Positions 44,444-54,087 of a stretch of 64,000 nt of DNA are shown here, piece after piece. Each line of letters starts with the position of its first letter. Within the stretch, counting starts at the first letter, position 1. A program made the position numbers and the translations under genes. The stretch is from a bacterium. Lineage in GTDB: Bacteria > 4484-113. The notes below the pieces were generated by a model, which saw only the letters and a list, made by a program, of their open reading frames with translations, was not told the DNA's origin and ran no database searches. The stretch lies in NCBI GenBank assembly GCA_021163765.1, contig JAGGTK010000072.1:6072-70071 (forward strand). Direction: 5' to 3'.

Positions 44444-45718
44444 CTATTGTCCAGCAGACAGCAGCACCGACGAGCCGTGCGTCACCACAACCGGCGAATT
44501 TGCCCGCGCCAGCATCCACACGGCCTTAAGCGACGCATTTTCAGGCTGAACCGGCGTGAAGCCCCACTCTTCCGCCGTCGCCGCATCTAGTTCTGAGACC
44601 AGGTTCAGGTCGAAGCGCTTGTAGAGCGTGCGCAGCGAAAGCGCGATATGCCCGATGGGAAGGTAGCGCTGCCTGAGCACGCTGACCGTCGCGGCGAAAT
44701 CAAGCTTGCGCCACTGCTCGAAATGCGGGTGACCCATACCATCGGGACAACGCGCTAAAAAGAGGATGCGCGCGCGCCTGGAAAGCGCAGCCTCCGCGTG
44801 CTTAAGTGCCTTGTGCGCCTGGTAAAGGCTGATGTCGCGCGGGTGTCCCCCCGCGGACAGCAATACTAAATCTGCCTTGCGCGGCACACCGGACCGGAAA
44901 TGCGCGTCCACGAACTCGCAGGCTGCGCGGTGGGCTGTGACAATGTCACCTGCGAAAAAGCGTGCAGGAACCTTGTCGTCCACCAGCACGACGTTTATCA
45001 GGAATATCGGCGGCAGGTGCGGGATTATCCCGCGAAGGTCTTCGTGCACCGGATTGCCGTCAAGATTGCCCGGCGCGACGCCCTCCGCGAAGTAGTGTTC
45101 CTTGAGGTCAAGGCAGAGCCCGTGATTGTGCACCACGGCGTCGAAGCCACCCAGCCCCGGGAACACCGCTTTCACGCCGCCGGTGAATCCCGCGAAGTAG
45201 TGGTAGCCCACCGCGCCCGTCGCCACGATAAGGTCAGCCTCGGTTATCAGGCGGTTCACGGTGTAGGCCGTGCCGCGGGGGCTGGCGCCGACCTCAATAA
45301 GCGAATCGTCATCGTGGCTGTCATGCATCACAACTTCGTCGTCAACGCCGAGAGATTGCCGCGCCTCGCCTTCGGACGGCGCAGCGTGGGTTCCGCAGGC
45401 CATAATGAGCGTAAGCCTGGCGCCTGCGGCGAGATGGCTTCGCACGAACTCCAGCAGCCGGGGCAGCCACTGCGGATATGCGGTGCTCCGCGTGCAATCG
45501 CTAACAATTACAGCGACGTTGTGCGCCGACCGCAGGCGTTCTGAAAGCGGCGCGCTCCCGACCGGCGAGTCCGCAACCTTAAGCATCTCCTCCGCGGGAT
45601 CGGCCAGAACTTCGAGCGGTTGCGGGCGGGCGAAGTGAAGCCTGTCCGCCAGCGATGCCGGTATATCCAGGGGAATCGTTCCCCGCCCGTAGGGCATCTC
45701 TATTGTGATACCTGGCAT
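44444..45718 (-). CDS. LarA-family (nickel-pincer cofactor dependent 2-hydroxyacid racemase/epimerase) homolog
   Basis: 424 aa. VIVSDCTRS (LarA SDHTRP), ACGTHAAPSEGE, GYHYFAGFTGGVKAVFPG (LarA HFFAGFSGGRKS) and GGHPRDISLYQAHKAL. Confidence 0.75.
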   Translation of the reverse strand: MPGITIEMPYGRGTIPLDIPASLADRLHFARPQPLEVLADPAEEMLKVADSPVGSAPLSERLRSAHNVAVIVSDCTRSTAYPQWLPRLLEFVRSHLAAGARLTLIMACGTHAAPSEGEARQSLGVDDEVVMHDSHDDDSLIEVGASPRGTAYTVNRLITEADLIVATGAVGYHYFAGFTGGVKAVFPGLGGFDAVVHNHGLCLDLKEHYFAEGVAPGNLDGNPVHEDLRGIIPHLPPIFLINVVLVDDKVPARFFAGDIVTAHRAACEFVDAHFRSGVPRKADLVLLSAGGHPRDISLYQAHKALKHAEAALSRRARILFLARCPDGMGHPHFEQWRKLDFAATVSVLRQRYLPIGHIALSLRTLYKRFDLNLVSELDAATAEEWGFTPVQPENASLKAVWMLARANSPVVVTHGSSVLLSAGQ

Positions 45719-45788
45719 TACGCACCATTGTAGCCCAAGAATCGCAATGCGCCATACGCGACTTCTGGTATAATTCCCCTGCCGACTG

Positions 45789-46286
45789 ATGCTGAACTTC
45801 CACTGGATGGTTTGCAGGCTACCGCGCTACCGGCGGAGAATGGAGGCGAAGCTGGTCGGCGTGGTAAAGGCGCTTGGGGTGAAAGAGGAAGACGACGTTT
45901 CGATTTTCGTATGCGGCGACCGGCGCATCCGCACGCTTAATCGCAGCTTCCGCAAGGTTGACGAGACCACCGACGTACTCGCGTTTCCCTGCGACGAACC
46001 TCACCTGGTCTTCGGCCCTAAAGCCGGGCGTGCCGGAGTGAGGCTTGCAGCACACAAAGGCCCATTGCTGCTGGGGGATGTGTTCGTGAACCTGCGGCAG
46101 GTCGAGCGGCAGGCGAAAGCCAACGGCAATTCCACGGTTGACGAGTTTGCTGCGGTGGCGGTCCACGGGCTGCTTCATTTGATGGGGCTCGACCACGGCA
46201 GGCCCGCTGACGCACGGCGGATGCTTATGTGCGAAGAGCGGCTATTTCAGTTAGCCGGCATTGAGGTGAGTCAGTTTGGACACTGA
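45789..46286 (+). CDS. ybeY: Endoribonuclease YbeY (rRNA maturation)
   Basis: DVSIFVCGDRRIRTLNRSFRKVDETTDVLAFP and the zinc motif HGLLHLMGLDH. Confidence 0.85.
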   Translation: MLNFHWMVCRLPRYRRRMEAKLVGVVKALGVKEEDDVSIFVCGDRRIRTLNRSFRKVDETTDVLAFPCDEPHLVFGPKAGRAGVRLAAHKGPLLLGDVFVNLRQVERQAKANGNSTVDEFAAVAVHGLLHLMGLDHGRPADARRMLMCEERLFQLAGIEVSQFGH

Positions 46287-47559
46287 CCCTGGAAGTACAA
46301 GCTTTTATCTGGTTTTCTCGCTCCTCGGATTCCTGGGGTTGCTTTCGTTTGCGTTCAGCTCCGCCTGCCTGGGAAGCTTCCTCAGCCTCGACCCTTCGAA
46401 TATATCGCCGTTCGAAGAAGAGGACGAGCACACCAACATCAGCCGCGTCCGGACGCTGCTGCGCCGCGCGACATCCACCAGCGTCTCGCTGACCGTCGCG
46501 GGCTTTTTGAGCTTCGCCACGTCCCTGCTTTTGTTCTTCCTGGTCATCCACCGGGCCGCAGGGCTGGCGAACACTGAACCGTACTGGCTGGAATGGCTCC
46601 TGAGCGCGATCATCCTTGTGTTCCTGTCCGCGTTCATCATCTTCATCGGGCACACGATGCCGCTTATGCAGTATGCCTACCCAGAATTCATCATCAAGAA
46701 CGCCGCGTCAGCCGGGCTCGTCACGAGCATAATGCACCCTATGAGCGCGATTCTAGTGCGCACGGCGAATCTGCTCGGGCGGGCCAAATCCATTCCTGAA
46801 GCCCTGGGCGTGGAGGATTTCGAGGTCTACTCAACGACCGCGCCGGTGGAAGACGAGCTGGAAGAGGAAGAGCGCGAGATGATCTCCGCCATCGTTGAGA
46901 TGGGCGACACGACCGTGCGCGAGGTGATGACGCCGCGAATCGACATCATCGCCCTGGATGCGGACGACCCCCCTTCGGACAGCATCAACGTTGTCCTGAA
47001 CGCGCCTTTCTCGCGGTTCCCCGTCTACGAAGGGACAATCGACAACGTAATCGGCGTCCTTCACATCCGCCACCTGATGGTTAACCTTAAGCGACACCCG
47101 GAGGCTATTGACATCCGGCAGCTCGCGCAGGAGACCGTGTTCGTGCCCGAGAGCATGCGCATAGGCGACCTGCTGCGCCAGCTACGCCAGGAGCGCAGGC
47201 ATATGGCGATAGTGACCGACGAGTACGGCGGCACGGCGGGCCTGGCGACGATTGAGGATATAATCGAGGAAATCGTCGGCGAGATCCAGGATGAATACGA
47301 CGACGAGGCGCAGGACATCTACCGCAAGGACGACGGCAGTTTCGTCGTTAACGTGGCGCTGCCGGTGGAGGAGTTCAACGAGGGCACCGGGCTTTCGCTC
47401 GACGACGAGGGAAACGACACCGTAGGCGGGCTGCTTTATTCCAAGTTTGGCAGGATACCGGACAAGGGCGACGTCATCCACATAAACGGCGTCAAGTTCA
47501 CCGTCCTCCGCGTGGACAAAAACCGCATCATGCTGGCCCTGGTGGAGATATGCGACTAG
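46276..47559 (+). CDS. CNNM/CorC/HlyC-family protein (DUF21 membrane domain, CBS pair, CorC_HlyC domain)
   Basis: N-terminal TM segments, TVREVMTPRIDIIALD, a CBS pair, and C-terminal TVGGLLYSKFGRIPDKGDVIHINGVKFTVLRVDKNRI. Confidence 0.85.
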   Translation: MDTDPGSTSFYLVFSLLGFLGLLSFAFSSACLGSFLSLDPSNISPFEEEDEHTNISRVRTLLRRATSTSVSLTVAGFLSFATSLLLFFLVIHRAAGLANTEPYWLEWLLSAIILVFLSAFIIFIGHTMPLMQYAYPEFIIKNAASAGLVTSIMHPMSAILVRTANLLGRAKSIPEALGVEDFEVYSTTAPVEDELEEEEREMISAIVEMGDTTVREVMTPRIDIIALDADDPPSDSINVVLNAPFSRFPVYEGTIDNVIGVLHIRHLMVNLKRHPEAIDIRQLAQETVFVPESMRIGDLLRQLRQERRHMAIVTDEYGGTAGLATIEDIIEEIVGEIQDEYDDEAQDIYRKDDGSFVVNVALPVEEFNEGTGLSLDDEGNDTVGGLLYSKFGRIPDKGDVIHINGVKFTVLRVDKNRIMLALVEICD

Positions 47560-50500
47560 GGGGGCGCTTTTTCAATGATGTCAATCTCGTCGTCGGTCAA
47601 TCCATAGAGCTTGTAGACTATCTGGTCAATCAAGCGGTCGGTTGCTGTAATACGTTTAAATAACGGATTAAGCTTCGACAAGTTCTTCTCATGCTCCTCC
47701 TTAAACATGCTGAAGAAGCTTGTGGTATTTGGATTTACTCCACGCGACGATAGCAATTTCTGGTTTTTACCTTTCCTGAGAACACGTACAAGTTCTTCCG
47801 CATCACAGACGAAATAAGCTCTGAGTTGTGTTTTGCCGTCCAACTCATCAATCTCAATTCCGTTGAGAAGCGATCCGCTGAGCCAGCCCAATAAATCGCG
47901 GATTAGCTTCTGCTTCTTCTTGTGCATCTGTATCATCTGCTTTGCGAGATAAGCCAATGTTCCCCGAGCCGCATCCAGATTAACGAGACTGTGTGGAGTG
48001 GAGCGTTGAACCAACTTAATGATTGGACCGATATCTCCTTTCTTGAGATATAAGGCATAGTATTTTTTCAAACGACCGACAAGTTGTTTCGATTTTTCCG
48101 CAGATGATACAGGTTGGGAGTCTGGGATAGGAAGGTTCTCCATGTATTGGGCAATCAGCCGTAAACGACCGCGTTTGTCCTCGTCTCCTAGCACAGCAGC
48201 TGTCCTCTTCATATAGCCAAAGCAGCATTTGGAATTCAGCAACGAGAGCAGGTAGTAGTCATCGAGAGGAATGAAATATGCTGTATTAGCGCAAAATATT
48301 GCCTGGTCATCAAATGCGAAACGTGCTTCGAAGGCGATGTCGGGATATACAATCTTCGGCTTCTCGAAATCCTGCCAATAGTCCACCGTGTCCTGTATCT
48401 CGTACCATTTATAGTCACCCGGCTTTCTCCCGGGTCCCTTCTGACCCCGTGTGCTCTTGGGTATGAGGTCCGATTTCCATTGCTCTAGGTGCGCTATCAC
48501 CGCTGGATACTCCTCGATGTCTACCCCCCTGCGAGCAAAGATAAGATACCGGTCACGGAAGTTAACTTCGTAGCATCGAATATCGTCGCCGACGACAAGA
48601 GGCTTGATGATTTCATCGCTCTTCGCATCCTCGGTAATCAGCCGGTCACGCGTTACGGAATCAATGATGAATGCCTGGTTGAAGCCGGTCTTGATACCGT
48701 AGTAGGTTCTCGTACCCCTGTGTGCAAGATACTGCTTCAAAGGAATGCCTCGGGATTCCAGTTTGCGAAGCAGTTTTACTTCCGCGTCACCCCGTAGCGA
48801 CCAGTTCATACCTTCGAAAGCCTGCGGTGATAACAGCTCGGAGGTCTCGTCAATGCGATCTTGTAGGCTCTTGAAATCGAGGGCCTTCACTTGAGTAAAA
48901 CGTGTGCCTTGCAGTGCTCCTTGGCGCAGGATAACAATACATGGGAAAGCCGCAGAATCCTCAAACACCGGAAGCTCACCAAAGTCCGTTATTTCCTGAA
49001 TATCAGCGTGAGCCGTCAGAAACTCGCGTAACGGTCCGCCGTAATCGGCCCGCATAAACTTGTTCTTCGTGATCATGCCGAACGTGCCCTTTTTGTTGAG
49101 CATGTTCAGGCCCAGACCATAGAAGTAAACGTACAGGTCGGCGGAACCGTGGTAGACATCATTCCACAGATGTTCAAATAAGGGTTTGTCCGACCCGAGT
49201 CCCTCCTGCCGCACGTATGGCGGATTGCCGATAACTGCGTCAAAGCCACGTTCACCTTCAGCCTTCAGATCGGAGCGCCCGTCTGCAATCTCAAAGAAAG
49301 CTTCCGGGAACTCAAGTTCCCAGTGGAAGAACCGCTTCTCCCTGGCGATCTCCTGTGCAGCATCGAACCATTCCTCGCTGCGGAGTTCTGCGCGCTCATC
49401 TTCACCGCTCTTCAGTGCGTTCACCGCCTGCTGGTATTCGACTTCGCTGATGGGAACACCGAAGTACGGCGCGAGCCAGACGTTGGCCACTTCGCGGAAT
49501 GCATCGCGCGCACTATCCATCTCCCTGTATAGCGTATCCTTGTAGCGCTCGTCATCCGCGGTGTCACTTGGAGCCTCCATAATCTTGCGGAAGGTGTCGA
49601 GGAAGTAATGTAAATGCGTGCCCGTAAGCGCATCTGTAAATCCCAGTGCCATCTGCTGGTTGCTGGCCTCTTTCGCTTGCTTCTTCCGCTCTTTAGGATC
49701 GGCCGCAGGCGGGACGCGGCTCAGGTCGGCCTCAATACGGGCACCGATCAGGCTGTTGCCAGTCCGCAAATGGTGGTCGAGGAATGATAGTGCCCTGTCG
49801 CGGCTGACTGTGTGGAGCCATAGTGATAGCTTGGCCAGCTCTACCGCCAGCGGATTCAAGTCCACTCCGTATAAGCAATTCTCTACGACAAACCGTCTGT
49901 AATACGCTTGCGGGTTCTCGTCGCCGATATCTATCGGGTCCAGTGATGGGTCGGTAGCCATTGCGAGGCTCAGGAAGTCCGCCGCAGCGACCAGGAAATG
50001 CCCGCTACCCATTGCCGGATCGAGTATCTTCAGGTTCCGATAGGGTTCAAGCAGCTTTCGTTGCACTTGGTGGATTTCGGATTCCAGTGATTCGCGTTCG
50101 TTGGGAATGCCGCCCTTCTCACCAAGCAACTTGTGTAGTCTTTGTAGCTCCTTTTCGACTTTACTCTTGAGCTTGGCGGTTTCTTTCGCGGCTTCGCCCG
50201 CCAGGGGGTCCAACGTCTGCTCCACGATGTACTTGACGATATACGCGGGCGTGTAGTAACTTCCGGTTGCCTTGCGCTCTCCACGGTCTGTAACAAGATA
50301 GACTTCGCCTGGCCGCACTCGCCGCGGTGATTGCCCCTTTGGTTTCTTGTTCGAGGACTTCAGCTTACTAACTTCCTTGAACTTGTGTTTCTTGCCCTCG
50401 CAAACTTCCACCATATCTTCGGTGGCAATATGTGGCCTGAGTTCAAGGAGTCCTTCGTAAATGCTGCCAAGGTCACGCACTTCCAACGTGGCGTAATCAA

Positions 50501-51755
50501 TATCGCTCATGCCCGGCTTATCCCAATCCTTACGTTCGTACGCTAGCCTATCAACTGCCTCGGCGATATAGGAGTCCCCGATTTGCCATTGCTGATTACC
50601 GATAGCTGGTCTGTATGCGATGTGTGGGTATTCTTCAGGATTAAACAGCCCACCATTGTACGCTGGGACTTTCGCGTCCTCGAGTCCCTTGTCAAGTATC
50701 TCAAAGAGAAATTGCAGCTTTGGCCAGATTGTCCTCCCTTTCGAAGAATACTTCGGCTTTCGAGAGCGCAGCTGCTGATTAACTTCAGAGTGTACGCCTC
50801 TCAGGCTGTAAGAGCTATAGATATCGTTGTTTACCGGCAATAGACTGCGGTCCTCCGCATATAGCAGAAACAACAATCGATAAAGCACGATTAGCGCGTT
50901 CTTGTGCACAAGCGCGATTTGCGCTGCGTCACTCCCGTCAAGTTCGTTTCTCGGCTCCATAAGGAAACCGGTCATTAGTATTCTCAGTGCGTCATAGACA
51001 CTATCTTTAAGGCTTTTGCCTACTGCCGTTGTGTAGGCCTGGCTTTCCTTGAGAACGTAGTCTAGGAAGCTTATCCCATCTTTATCGCGCAGAAACGCCT
51101 CACGGCGGAAGAAGAGGTAAAACCATTTGAAACCTCGATAGTCGTTCTCACGGATGATCTCATCGAGGTCTACTTCAAAGTAGATTTCGCCCGCGCTCGA
51201 CTTCTCTTTCTCGTATAACCTCCATTTCGCTCCGTTGGTGAGGATACCCCATCGGACTTTGGAGCGGTAGAGATAGTTTGTTATCTGAGCCGATGGGGTT
51301 TCGTCTCCCCGCTTCTTATCAAGCGGTTGTTGCCATCGTTTAGCGTCAGCTAGGGCGACAGCATTACTCCAGTACGCAGGTTTGCCACTGAGCTTGTCCG
51401 CGGCATTTCGGTCAGTGGCGGATGCGAACATTGCATAATCAGGCTTTTTCGACATGCCCGAAATAGAGATCACTTGCTGCACTTGCCAAGTGCGTTCCTC
51501 TCCCTCGTTCCATAGAATCTCTAGGACAGGCTTGATAAAGTCATCTTCGGTGACTGGCTCCGTGGTCTTACCAGAGAAATCCTTCGCGTGCTTCTCGTAT
51601 ATCTGCGTGATCTTCGACAGGATATCCTTCAGAATCGGTTCATCAACTTTCTGCCATTCTGGGTGGTCGGGCAGCCTGGTCCTGAGATAGTTGTCGGCAA
51701 ACAGGCCTTTATTGGAATACTCCCCGTTAAGGTCGAGTTTCTGTTGAGTCGCCAT
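47556..51755 (-). CDS. Type IIG restriction enzyme / N6-adenine DNA methyltransferase fusion (Eco57I/MmeI-like architecture), 1399 aa
   Basis: N-terminal nuclease-like PDYAMF...ALADAKRW...WGILTNGAKWRLY. Methylase motifs YYTPAYIVKYIV, ILDPAMGSGHFLV and VIGNPPYVRQE. C-terminal IDQIVYKLYGLTDDEIDIIE tail. The DNA is AT-richer. Confidence 0.85.
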   Translation of the reverse strand: MATQQKLDLNGEYSNKGLFADNYLRTRLPDHPEWQKVDEPILKDILSKITQIYEKHAKDFSGKTTEPVTEDDFIKPVLEILWNEGEERTWQVQQVISISGMSKKPDYAMFASATDRNAADKLSGKPAYWSNAVALADAKRWQQPLDKKRGDETPSAQITNYLYRSKVRWGILTNGAKWRLYEKEKSSAGEIYFEVDLDEIIRENDYRGFKWFYLFFRREAFLRDKDGISFLDYVLKESQAYTTAVGKSLKDSVYDALRILMTGFLMEPRNELDGSDAAQIALVHKNALIVLYRLLFLLYAEDRSLLPVNNDIYSSYSLRGVHSEVNQQLRSRKPKYSSKGRTIWPKLQFLFEILDKGLEDAKVPAYNGGLFNPEEYPHIAYRPAIGNQQWQIGDSYIAEAVDRLAYERKDWDKPGMSDIDYATLEVRDLGSIYEGLLELRPHIATEDMVEVCEGKKHKFKEVSKLKSSNKKPKGQSPRRVRPGEVYLVTDRGERKATGSYYTPAYIVKYIVEQTLDPLAGEAAKETAKLKSKVEKELQRLHKLLGEKGGIPNERESLESEIHQVQRKLLEPYRNLKILDPAMGSGHFLVAAADFLSLAMATDPSLDPIDIGDENPQAYYRRFVVENCLYGVDLNPLAVELAKLSLWLHTVSRDRALSFLDHHLRTGNSLIGARIEADLSRVPPAADPKERKKQAKEASNQQMALGFTDALTGTHLHYFLDTFRKIMEAPSDTADDERYKDTLYREMDSARDAFREVANVWLAPYFGVPISEVEYQQAVNALKSGEDERAELRSEEWFDAAQEIAREKRFFHWELEFPEAFFEIADGRSDLKAEGERGFDAVIGNPPYVRQEGLGSDKPLFEHLWNDVYHGSADLYVYFYGLGLNMLNKKGTFGMITKNKFMRADYGGPLREFLTAHADIQEITDFGELPVFEDSAAFPCIVILRQGALQGTRFTQVKALDFKSLQDRIDETSELLSPQAFEGMNWSLRGDAEVKLLRKLESRGIPLKQYLAHRGTRTYYGIKTGFNQAFIIDSVTRDRLITEDAKSDEIIKPLVVGDDIRCYEVNFRDRYLIFARRGVDIEEYPAVIAHLEQWKSDLIPKSTRGQKGPGRKPGDYKWYEIQDTVDYWQDFEKPKIVYPDIAFEARFAFDDQAIFCANTAYFIPLDDYYLLSLLNSKCCFGYMKRTAAVLGDEDKRGRLRLIAQYMENLPIPDSQPVSSAEKSKQLVGRLKKYYALYLKKGDIGPIIKLVQRSTPHSLVNLDAARGTLAYLAKQMIQMHKKKQKLIRDLLGWLSGSLLNGIEIDELDGKTQLRAYFVCDAEELVRVLRKGKNQKLLSSRGVNPNTTSFFSMFKEEHEKNLSKLNPLFKRITATDRLIDQIVYKLYGLTDDEIDIIEKAPP

Positions 51756-51840
51756 CGCCTTCCGCGCTCAGCACATCATAGCAGATTAAACAACACCCAC
51801 CCTACGCATCGCGGTGATACAATAGTCGCGGAGGCAAGAA

Positions 51841-53514
51841 GTGAGCCGACTTGATACCACATCGCGCATCGTAAGGCCGCCTACGGGCACGAAGCTTACC
51901 TGCCAGGGCTGGGTGCAGGAAGCGGCGTACCGGATGATCCAGCACAACGTCAGCCCCGAAGTGGCGGAGAAGCCCGACGAGCTTATCGTCTACGGCGGCA
52001 CCGGCAAAGCCGCGCGCAACTGGGAGTGCTTCGACGGCATCCTGAATGCGCTGAAGGAAGTCGGCGCCGACGAGACGCTGCTCGTGCAGTCGGGCAAGGC
52101 CGTGGGCATCTTCCGCAGCCATGAATGGGCGCCGCGCGTGTTCATCGCCAACAGCAACATCGTCCCGCACTGGGCCGACTGGGAGCACTTCCGCGAATAC
52201 GAGCGGATGGGCCTGACCATGTACGGCCAGATGACCGCCGGAAGCTGGATTTATATCGGCACGCAGGGCATCCTGCAGGGAACTTACGAGACGCTCGCTT
52301 CGCTGGCGAGCCGGCACTTCGGCGGGAGCCTGGAAGGGACGATTACACTCACAGCCGGCCTGGGCGGAATGGGCGGCGCGCAGCCGCTGGCGATTACATT
52401 CAACGGCGGCGTGGCGCTCATCGTCGAAGTCGACCGCGAGCGCATAGAGCGCAGGCTGGCGACAAAGTATCTCGACACGATGACCAAATCGCTGGACGAG
52501 GCAGTGGAACTTGCGGAGAATGCGCGGGCGGAGAAGCGCCCGTTGTCCATCGGGTTGCTGGGCAACGCCGCGGACACGCATCCGGAGCTGGCCAAGCGCG
52601 GCTTCAAGCCCGACGTGGTCACCGACCAGACGAGCGCCCACGACGAGCTCAACGGCTATGTGCCATCGGGAATGCTCTACGAGGAGGCGCTTCAGCTTCG
52701 CCGCTCAGATCCCGAACGCTACCGCGAAATGGCGTGGGACTCGATGGCGAAGCACGTGCGCGCGATGCTCGATCTGCTGGACGCGGGCGCGGTCGTGTTT
52801 GACTACGGCAACAACATTCGCGGCCAGGTGCAGGCGCACCGCGATATGGACGACGCGTTCCGCTTCCCTGGCTTCGTCCCCGCGTACATCCGCCCGCTGT
52901 TTTGCGACGGGCAGGGGCCGTTTAGGTGGGTGGCGCTGTCCGGCGACCCCGAAGACATCTACACGACCGACCGCGAACTGGCGAAGCTGTTCCCGGAAAA
53001 GGAGCACCTGCTGCGCTGGCTGAAACTTGCCGGCGAGAAGGTGGCGTTCCAGGGGCTGCCCTCGCGCATCTGCTGGCTGGGATACGGCGAGCGCGACCTC
53101 GCGGGATTGATGTTCAACGATCTGGTGAAGAGCGGCAAGGTGAAGGCGCCAATTGTTATCGGCCGCGACCACCTGGATGCGGGCAGCGTTGCCAGCCCGT
53201 ACCGCGAAACCGAAGGGATGAAGGACGGCAGCGACGCCATCGCCGACTGGCCGGTGCTCAACGCGCTGCTGAACTCCGTGAGCGGCGCAAGCTGGGTGAG
53301 CTTCCATCACGGCGGCGGCGTGGGCATCGGCTACAGCCTGCACGCGGGAATGGTCGTGGTGGCTGACGGCACGGATATGCAGGCGCAAAAGCTACAGCGA
53401 GTGCTGACTACCGACCCGGGCACCGGCATAATGCGCCACGCCGATGCAGGCTACGAAGAAGCCATTGACGCCGCGAAGAAGCACCAGCTCCGCGTCTCGG
53501 GAAATATGGAATAG
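51841..53514 (+). CDS. hutU: Urocanate hydratase
   Basis: 557 aa. [17 protein letters not shown]...[16 protein letters not shown]...[12 protein letters not shown]...[11 protein letters not shown]. Confidence 0.92.
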   Translation: MSRLDTTSRIVRPPTGTKLTCQGWVQEAAYRMIQHNVSPEVAEKPDELIVYGGTGKAARNWECFDGILNALKEVGADETLLVQSGKAVGIFRSHEWAPRVFIANSNIVPHWADWEHFREYERMGLTMYGQMTAGSWIYIGTQGILQGTYETLASLASRHFGGSLEGTITLTAGLGGMGGAQPLAITFNGGVALIVEVDRERIERRLATKYLDTMTKSLDEAVELAENARAEKRPLSIGLLGNAADTHPELAKRGFKPDVVTDQTSAHDELNGYVPSGMLYEEALQLRRSDPERYREMAWDSMAKHVRAMLDLLDAGAVVFDYGNNIRGQVQAHRDMDDAFRFPGFVPAYIRPLFCDGQGPFRWVALSGDPEDIYTTDRELAKLFPEKEHLLRWLKLAGEKVAFQGLPSRICWLGYGERDLAGLMFNDLVKSGKVKAPIVIGRDHLDAGSVASPYRETEGMKDGSDAIADWPVLNALLNSVSGASWVSFHHGGGVGIGYSLHAGMVVVADGTDMQAQKLQRVLTTDPGTGIMRHADAGYEEAIDAAKKHQLRVSGNME

Positions 53515-53518
53515 CGGT

Positions 53519-53547
53519 TTGACTAAACGATAGTAAAGTGTTAATAT
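53519..53547 (+). promoter_or_regulatory. Putative sigma70-type promoter of islet 5
   Basis: TTGACT (53519-53524), 17-nt spacer, TAATAT (53542-53547), 20 nt upstream of GTG 53568. Confidence 0.5.
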
Positions 53548-53567
53548 TATGGTGACTAATATCCTGC

Positions 53568-54080
53568 GTGTCTGGGGGACCTGTGGAACTGTCAACACTT
53601 AAAGCGATTCTAAAGGTCTGGGGCATCCAGATTCCCAAGCTGAATGCGGAAAATGGCATTGACGAGCGCATCAAAGTGCAGAAGCTGATGTACTTGCTGC
53701 AGGGCAGGCAAAAAAGCCTACGGTACCTATACAACATCTATATTCGTGGTCCGTATTCGCCCTCGCTCTCACAAGACTACTACGATCTCGCATCTAGGCT
53801 ATCAGAGATTACTGCCGGAAGCCTTCCAGAAGATACGCGAGTGAACCTAGAGACTGTGAAACGCGACGCAGACGAGTTCTCTAAGATGCTGGACTCAGTT
53901 GATGATGTTGCGTCGCTTGAATTACTGGCAACGACTCTGTTCTTCGGCAAGCACTATTCAACTGAGAGCAAGATAGTCGAAGCAGTGCAGTCTATCAAAC
54001 CTAAGTTCAGTAGAGAGCAAGTACAAGCAGCGCTCAACTTCCTGGTACAGAACGACTATTCCGAAAATTACGGCAGCTGA
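53568..54080 (+). CDS. Small protein resembling DUF4065/Panacea (SocA-like) or YwgA-type partner proteins (170 aa)
   Basis: IKVQKLMYLLQGRQKSLRYLYNIYIRGPYSPSLSQDYYDL fits the K-L-Q-K-L-h-Y ... G-P-h ... Y pattern of DUF4065 as I recall it. GTG start. It ends 7 nt before the HD gene. Confidence 0.5.
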   Translation: MSGGPVELSTLKAILKVWGIQIPKLNAENGIDERIKVQKLMYLLQGRQKSLRYLYNIYIRGPYSPSLSQDYYDLASRLSEITAGSLPEDTRVNLETVKRDADEFSKMLDSVDDVASLELLATTLFFGKHYSTESKIVEAVQSIKPKFSREQVQAALNFLVQNDYSENYGS

Positions 54081-54087
54081 GTACTCG

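Noticed and set aside
47556-51755. BREX system call, with the 1399-aa protein read as PglX.
   Set aside because: No brxA/B/C, pglZ or brxL genes flank it, and the neighbours are corC and hutU. A PD...DAK nuclease-like N-terminus favours a stand-alone type IIG enzyme.
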